Virus record (IMG/VR): IMGVR_UViG_3300028840_008159
Length of the DNA: 20,000 nucleotides
Origin: an uncultured virus (IMG/VR IMGVR_UViG_3300028840_008159)
Taxonomy: Duplodnaviria; Heunggongvirae; Uroviricota; Caudoviricetes
Reading direction: 5' to 3' (one strand)
Program-made: the position numbers and the translations under genes
Part shown: positions 15,290 to 20,000 of the stretch, in pieces
Layout of the letters: each line of letters opens with the position of its first letter
Numbering within the stretch: position 1 is the stretch's first letter
Notes under the pieces: model-generated
What the model saw: only the letters and a program-made list of their open reading frames with translations
Database searches by the model: none
Told to the model about the DNA's origin: nothing

Positions 15290-15625
15290 CTACACCCCCA
15301 ACGCCTCGCCAAGGACTACGCCGGGAGGCGCAGGCTCCAGCAGCGACGGAGGGACGCGCCATTTCTCCTCTAAGACTCTACCGGCGACGGGAGTCTTGAC
15401 TATGACGATGATGTTCTTGGGGCCGAACCTGACGATGGTCCCTACGCGCCCCCTCCCGCGCCCCTTCCCCTTGATCCTTACCTTGTCGCCGATGCTAAAC
15501 TCGGCTGCCTTGGCCTTGCTCAGGTCGTTCCAGCGGGATCGCAGAAAGCCGCTGACCTGCTTCAGGTCGTCCTGATTGTCGATGCAGACGATGGCTTCGA
15601 GGGCTTTCTGTACGTTCTCGTTCAT
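15290..15625 (-). CDS. hypothetical protein, 111 aa, KOW/SH3-like C-terminal half
   Basis: FSIGDKVRIKG...GTIVRFGPKNIIV. Confidence 0.75.
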   Translation of the reverse strand: MNENVQKALEAIVCIDNQDDLKQVSGFLRSRWNDLSKAKAAEFSIGDKVRIKGKGRGRGRVGTIVRFGPKNIIVIVKTPVAGRVLEEKWRVPPSLLEPAPPGVVLGEALGV

Positions 15626-15744
15626 TTCTTGACTCCTGTCTCTCCGAACGGGATGTTGGGGGAGGAGGGCGGGGAGCGACGAACGCTCGTTCGTCTACCA
15701 GCTCGAGCCGCCCTCCCGTTTGGCTTAGTCACGACCCCAAGGGT

Positions 15745-15763
15745 GGGCCTTCGCCCGACCTGG
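15745..15763 (-). promoter_or_regulatory. start-associated motif copy
   Basis: CCAGG TCGGG CGAAGGCCC ACCCTTGGG. Confidence 0.85.
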
Positions 15764-15781
15764 ATCGTCAGGCACGTCGGC

Positions 15782-15939
15782 TCACCAGCAGATGCCCTGC
15801 TTGCGCTTGCTGCGCTCGGCGTCGGCGTCCTGCTTCAGGTCGCGGATGATCCCCAACAGCAGCCGTTGCGCCTCGGCGTCCAACGCCTCGACGCCCAGCG
15901 GTAAAGCTCGGCCTGCAACGCCCGCAGGACTGGACTCAT
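15782..15939 (-). pseudogene. small gene with a 1-nt frameshift (MSPVLRALQAELYR / LGVEALDAEAQRLLLGIIRDLKQD...W)
   Basis: SD GAGGAGG and ATGA overlap; the GC3-rich frame switches near 15898; 158 nt long. Confidence 0.55.
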
Positions 15940-16202
15940 GCGACCTCCTCGTTCATCCGGTCATTGCAACCATCGCAGTCGCGAACGACATCCCGCGCAT
16001 GGAACGCCTCCTCGACGTCCTCCATCGGGACGATCCGGCAGAACTGGTCCTCCGACGCGTACCGGACGAGGACCGCGACGAGATGACCCGTAAGCCGTTC
16101 CGGGTTGGAGACGAAGAACGTCCCCTCCGACAGCTCGACCTGCGGCTTGCCGTCCATCGGGCCGCCCGCGTGAACGCTCAACCTGCCAATGGCGTATTTC
16201 AT
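15936..16202 (-). CDS. hypothetical protein, 88 aa
   Basis: GGGGGAG SD, motif copy upstream. Confidence 0.75.
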   Translation of the reverse strand: MKYAIGRLSVHAGGPMDGKPQVELSEGTFFVSNPERLTGHLVAVLVRYASEDQFCRIVPMEDVEEAFHARDVVRDCDGCNDRMNEEVA

Positions 16203-16227
16203 GTCTCCCCCTTTCGTTCCCAAGGGT

Positions 16228-16246
16228 GGGCCTTCGGCGTCCCTGG
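16228..16246 (-). promoter_or_regulatory. start-associated motif copy
   Basis: CCAGG GACGC CGAAGGCCC ACCCTTGGG. Confidence 0.85.
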
Positions 16247-16247
16247 C

Positions 16248-16514
16248 CTACGCTCGCACCTTCAGCCGGGCAAGCTCGGCGTCGAACACCTCGGCCGGCC
16301 AGTCGCGGCCAGGCGGCCTCCAAAAGTCAGACCGGCGGGCGCGGGCGATGTACTCGACGTAATCCATCGGCGTGTTGTTCGGGAGCATGTTGAGGCCATC
16401 GGGGTGAAAGTCCCCGACGATCCCCTTCAACCGCTTGACCTCCTCATGGACGGCCAGCCAGTCCTCCCAGCCGTCGCCCCATGCCTCGGCGAAGATCGCG
16501 TCAGCGTGTCTCAT
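16248..16514 (-). CDS. hypothetical protein, 88 aa
   Basis: GAGGAGG SD before ATG 16514. Confidence 0.7.
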   Translation of the reverse strand: MRHADAIFAEAWGDGWEDWLAVHEEVKRLKGIVGDFHPDGLNMLPNNTPMDYVEYIARARRSDFWRPPGRDWPAEVFDAELARLKVRA

Positions 16515-16695
16515 CGTCCTCCTCCTCGCGGGACGCCCGATACTCGGCCAGCCCGTCCTCGATCTGCTCGTCGGCGTCGGCGTGCGAGACGCGGTCCAGT
16601 ACCTCGCGTCGGGACCGGAAGCTGGTCTTGCGCCCCCGCGTAGCGGCGGCCATCGCCGCCGCCTTCGTCTTGGAAGCCTCCCTCGCGCTCGGCAT
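16501..16695 (-). CDS. hypothetical protein, 64 aa
   Basis: GAGGGG SD before ATG 16695. Confidence 0.6.
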   Translation of the reverse strand: MPSAREASKTKAAAMAAATRGRKTSFRSRREVLDRVSHADADEQIEDGLAEYRASREEEDDETR

Positions 16696-16711
16696 CGGCG
16701 TTCCCCTCCCT

Positions 16712-17572
16712 CTAGGCGACCTCGCTGACGGGCCGCCCCAGAACCTTCGCGGCGGCGGCCAGTACCCATTCCATCGCCGCCTCTTGCGTCTCCCAATGAT
16801 GCGTCCCGTTCCGCAGGGACGGAACCTCGATGCCCCGTTCCTCCGACGTATGCCCTCGGCTCTCCGTAGGGCAACCGTAGCCGCCCGGAATCCCGAACCG
16901 GCTTCTAAGAGCGGCGTTTTCATGCTCCTTCGCTGAGAAGACCAGCCGCCGCAGCCAAGCGGAGTTCGCCAGCGCGAACGCCAGACGGTCAAGGTCGAGC
17001 GGGTCGCCAGCCTTGCGAAGGCAGACGTCATACTGGAGTACCTCGCGGTCGCCGTTCCAGCCGGGCGAAGACGCAGCCGATACGATGATCTCGCAGGAGT
17101 AGCCCAACTTCTCCAGCGCGTCCACCAGCGCGACGACGGCTGCCCCTCGGCAGAAGATCGTTCGCGTCGATACGCCAGCCGACGCCGACATGTTGACCCA
17201 AACCTTGACGACCTTGCCGCGCCCAAGGACGTTCTCGTCCTCGACGAACTGGATCATGTCCTCCGGTTCGCCCGTCAGGAAGCGGTCGACGTCAGCGAAC
17301 GCGCCAGCGACGTCGTACTGGATATCGACGCGGGGCATCTGCTGCCCGATGACGTTCCAGATCGACTCGGCCATGTCCTTGACCCGCGCCAAGCCCTCGG
17401 GCCAGCCGTCCCGCGCCAGACGCATCGCGTCCTCGAACGTCTCCGTACCGGACCAGAAAGTCCCGTCGGCGTTCCTATGCGACGACCTGCGGCTGGAGCC
17501 GTTGACGCTCGGCGTCCGGGCGACATGCTCCAGCCAAGCGTCGAAGTCGAACTCCCTCAGATGGATCGTCAT
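16712..17572 (-). CDS. vWA-like partner of MoxR AAA+ ATPase (DUF7192-like), 286 aa
   Basis: beta strand VKVWV followed by NxSxS degenerate MIDAS, LVDALEKLGYSCEI; adjacent to the ATPase. Confidence 0.7.
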   Translation of the reverse strand: MTIHLREFDFDAWLEHVARTPSVNGSSRRSSHRNADGTFWSGTETFEDAMRLARDGWPEGLARVKDMAESIWNVIGQQMPRVDIQYDVAGAFADVDRFLTGEPEDMIQFVEDENVLGRGKVVKVWVNMSASAGVSTRTIFCRGAAVVALVDALEKLGYSCEIIVSAASSPGWNGDREVLQYDVCLRKAGDPLDLDRLAFALANSAWLRRLVFSAKEHENAALRSRFGIPGGYGCPTESRGHTSEERGIEVPSLRNGTHHWETQEAAMEWVLAAAAKVLGRPVSEVA

Positions 17573-17604
17573 CGGCGTTTCCCCCTTCGTTCGGCGTCAA
17601 GGCC

Positions 17605-17623
17605 GGGCTTTCGCCCGACCTGG
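17605..17623 (-). promoter_or_regulatory. start-associated motif copy
   Basis: CCAGG TCGGG CGAAAGCCC GGCCTTG. Confidence 0.8.
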
Positions 17624-17629
17624 TCGGCG

Positions 17630-18616
17630 TCAGCAAGCCTTGCGCATCTCGGCGCGGAGCTTCGCTACGCTCGCCGCCTCGACGCCAGCGAGGAACGACA
17701 TTTCCTCGACCTTGGCCCAAGGCAGACCGGCGTCCAGAGCCTCGCCGCCGTAGATGCTGTCATGCGGCGAGACGATGATCCGCAGGCCGATCCGCTCGGC
17801 GGCCCGACGAGCCTTCTGGACATGGCGCGTCCAGTCGGCGCGGGGCGCGATCCGCATCTCATGCGCCTCGTTGTACCCCCAAGCCAGCTTGAGGAACCGC
17901 TTGAGCGTTGCGGCGTCGAGCTTGTTCCGCTGGTAATCGAGGGACGCGCCCGTACCGAACGTATTGGCCGCGCCGACGCAACAGAAGTCGGGATGCGCCT
18001 CGACGACCTCGCCGTTCGGGAACGTATAGACGCGGTTCTCGACAGCCGCGTTGAAGGCGGTCAGGCAGTTCGGGTTCGCCGCGTCCATCTCGTCGAACAG
18101 GTACAGGCCGCCGAACTTGAAGATGCGGTAGAAGCCCGACTCTACGTACTCGCCCTTCGCGTTCATGTACCCCGCGAAGCGGCTCTCGGGCGTCTGGTTG
18201 CAGAACGACTGGGGCAGGAAGTCCAGCCCCAACGCCTTCGCGATCTTGCGACAGGCGGTCGTCTTGCCCGATCCCGTAGGACCGACCAGCATGACCTTGA
18301 TGCGCCCCTTGACGAGCGTCATCAGCGTCCCGTACTCGGGATGCTCGGACGGTTTCGGCTCGGGCTTGTTGCCGAACGGCTTGACGGCGGCGGTCAGCTT
18401 GCGACCCGGGACGTGATGGCCGCAGCCCTTCAAGAGCGTCCATGTATGCCAGCCCTTGTTGTCCTTGCCCGAATCGGGAGTCCAGAAGCCGAACTCCTCG
18501 TCGAGGGCGCAGAAGTCGGGCGTACCCAACTTGCGGACGTTGCGGTCGTACGACTCCTTCAACGCCGCCATGCGACCATCGTCCTTCGAGAACGCTACTC
18601 GGCTTGCCATGTCCAT
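17630..18616 (-). CDS. MoxR/CbbQ/CobS-type AAA+ ATPase, 328 aa
   Basis: Walker A GPTGSGKT, Walker B LYLFDEMDAA, HPDF...AANT sensor 1, LDAATLKRF Arg finger. Confidence 0.9.
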   Translation of the reverse strand: MDMASRVAFSKDDGRMAALKESYDRNVRKLGTPDFCALDEEFGFWTPDSGKDNKGWHTWTLLKGCGHHVPGRKLTAAVKPFGNKPEPKPSEHPEYGTLMTLVKGRIKVMLVGPTGSGKTTACRKIAKALGLDFLPQSFCNQTPESRFAGYMNAKGEYVESGFYRIFKFGGLYLFDEMDAANPNCLTAFNAAVENRVYTFPNGEVVEAHPDFCCVGAANTFGTGASLDYQRNKLDAATLKRFLKLAWGYNEAHEMRIAPRADWTRHVQKARRAAERIGLRIIVSPHDSIYGGEALDAGLPWAKVEEMSFLAGVEAASVAKLRAEMRKAC

Positions 18617-18657
18617 GCCCCCTGTCTCCCTCGTTCACTCGGTTCGGCCCAAGGGGT

Positions 18658-18834
18658 GGGCCTTCGCCGCGCCTGGTCCCTCTCGCACCCCCATCGGCGT
18701 TCGGCGTCTTCGGCGTTTCTGGTCGGCGTTACTGGTGGGCCTTCGCGGCCCCTGGCCCCCCTCCGCACCCCCGTCGGCGTCACCGGCGTTTCCCCCGTCC
18801 GGCGACACAAAGGACGGGCCCACGCCTTTCCTGG
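18658..18834 (-). repeat. three motif copies at 79-bp period (18658-18676, 18737-18755, 18816-18834)
   Basis: the first two also share a flank (plus strand CCTGG.CCC...CGCACCCCC.TCGGCGT); the third is the CGTGGGCCC variant. Confidence 0.8.
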
Positions 18835-18921
18835 CGGCGCGAGACACGCCCGAGGATCGGCGGCGTGAGGCCGCGCCGCCGAGGTCGCGCCCGGCGGCGT
18901 GCGTCACCGAGGCGAGAGATG

Positions 18922-18940
18922 CCAGGTCGACCGAAGGCCC
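18922..18940 (+). promoter_or_regulatory. motif copy in plus orientation
   Basis: CCAGG TCGAC CGAAGGCCC GTCC. Confidence 0.85.
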
Positions 18941-18977
18941 GTCCTCGCGAGCGTTCGAGGGGACAAAGGAGATGACG

Positions 18978-19301
18978 ATGCCTACGGTACGCATGACGAA
19001 GGACGGGGAGTTGGCGACGGTCGCGGCGGTCGACGCCCGAACCGCCGAGCTTACCAAGGAGCGCAACGCGGCGCGTCTGACCGCGTCCTCCTACGCGGGT
19101 CGCCGCCTGTCGTACTTCGCGTCCCAATGGCGCGGCAAGGTCGCGGCCCTGAGCCGCCGCCTCAACGCGCTCAAGGCGCGTCGCGCCGAGCTGTCCGAGG
19201 CCGCCCTCAAGGGCCGCTGCGCGGACTGCCCGCGAAACGAGTTCTGCCCGCTCAACATGGGCGGCGACTGCACCTTCGTCGCCCAGAACATGGCCGCCTG
19301 A
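18978..19301 (+). CDS. hypothetical protein, 107 aa, coiled coil plus C-terminal Cys4 cluster
   Basis: AAGGAG SD; CADC...C...C; behind the inverted motif copy. Confidence 0.75.
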   Translation: MPTVRMTKDGELATVAAVDARTAELTKERNAARLTASSYAGRRLSYFASQWRGKVAALSRRLNALKARRAELSEAALKGRCADCPRNEFCPLNMGGDCTFVAQNMAA

Positions 19302-19320
19302 CCAGGCGGGCCGAAGGCCC
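19302..19320 (+). promoter_or_regulatory. motif copy in plus orientation
   Basis: CCAGG CGGGC CGAAGGCCC GCCCCTTGGG. Confidence 0.85.
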
Positions 19321-19349
19321 GCCCCTTGGGGAGCGAAAGGGGGACGGAT

Positions 19350-19544
19350 ATGGCATCGTCCAAGTTCGGGGTCGTCAAGGCCGCGCCCGCGTCCAAGCAG
19401 GCGCGAGCGGATACGCTGGCCTGGAGGCGCGAGCGCGACGCCCGACGACGGCGCGAGCGCGACGCCAAGGCGCACGGCCAGTCCCTCGCGGGGGGGCTGA
19501 AGGCCGCGCTGAAGGCCGCCTACGAGAAGAAGCGGGCGAGCTAG
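19350..19544 (+). CDS. small basic protein, 64 aa
   Basis: AAAGGGGG SD, motif copy upstream. Confidence 0.7.
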   Translation: MASSKFGVVKAAPASKQARADTLAWRRERDARRRRERDAKAHGQSLAGGLKAALKAAYEKKRAS

Positions 19545-19818
19545 TCGCCCGCCTGGACCGGGAGGAGCATTCATGCGCATGAGATGAGATGACTAACACG
19601 GCGCAGGTGGCGCCGCGCAGGCACGGTGGAGGGCGTCCCGTACACGGAGGGGGGGACGCGCCGCCCTGACCCGTCGCCAGCACCTCCGAACCAAGGACAT
19701 CCGAATGTCCGCGGTCGACGCGAGGATAGCCGAGCGACCATCCGCTTCGGTGGGCCTCGGCGATCCCTGGCGCGAACATGACACGCCGGCACGACGAGCC
19801 TGCTCCTACACGGGACGG

Positions 19819-19837
19819 CCAGGCTCCCCGTGGGCCC
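19819..19837 (+). promoter_or_regulatory. motif copy in plus orientation
   Basis: CCAGG CTCCC CGTGGGCCC, 28 nt before ATG 19866. Confidence 0.7.
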
Positions 19838-19865
19838 GGCCAGGTCGGGGAACGGAGGAAACGAC

Positions 19866-20000
19866 ATGAGTAACTGGGGCTTGGTTTCGTTCGTCATGGG
19901 GCTGGTCATGGTCCCGATCTGCGTCGGCCTGTCCTGCTGGGCCGACAACGGGGCGTTCATGCTCCTGTACCCCGCCGTCATGGGCGCGATGCTCTGCCTG
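19866..20000 (+). CDS. putative membrane protein, partial (MSNWGLVSFVMGLVMVPICVG...)
   Basis: GGAGG SD, motif copy upstream, hydrophobic. Confidence 0.65.
   Translation, partial: MSNWGLVSFVMGLVMVPICVGLSCWADNGAFMLLYPAVMGAMLCL

Noticed and set aside
17630..18616. AAA+ ATPase as a sigma54 enhancer-binding protein
   Set aside because: No GAFTGA loop; motifs fit the MoxR clade.
208..18868. Long plus-strand ORFs (e.g. 6088-7560, 11772-12752, 17477-18868)
   Set aside because: Antisense shadows of high-GC minus-strand genes; they lack SD sites and protein-like composition.
53..19837. Repeats as a CRISPR array
   Set aside because: Intervals range from 79 bp to over 1.6 kb and contain whole genes; repeats have a free internal spacer; no cas genes are visible.
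53..19837. Repeats as integron attC sites
   Set aside because: No RYYYAAC/GTTRRRY ends, no long imperfect palindrome, no tyrosine integrase in the window.
1..20000. tRNA/rRNA genes, structural genes, transposases, alternative genetic code
   Set aside because: None recognised; TAA, TAG and TGA all act as stops with tight gene packing.

Overview
GC-rich window that looks like the early/host-takeover region of a large bacteriophage or phage-like element. About 42 short, tightly packed genes (many ATGA/TGATG overlaps, strong SD sites) run on the minus strand from ~18.6 kb to the left edge. A divergence point at ~18.84-18.92 kb is followed by plus-strand genes. Recognisable products: a MoxR-type AAA+ ATPase with a vWA-like partner, a pyrimidine-dimer glycosylase-like (MSMEG_6728 family) protein, a DUF6876-like protein, a SWIM zinc finger and a possible transglutaminase-like protein; the rest are hypothetical. 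The dominant unexplained feature is a rigidly spaced, gene-oriented motif, CCAGG-N5-CGAAGGCCC(-RYCCTTGGG), which I counted by eye 27 times (24 minus, 3 plus). It usually ends 23-32 nt before a start codon, flips orientation at the divergence point and is triplicated there at 79-bp spacing. It divides the region into cassettes of 1-4 genes, one of which is duplicated. Family names are from recalled motifs, not database searches.
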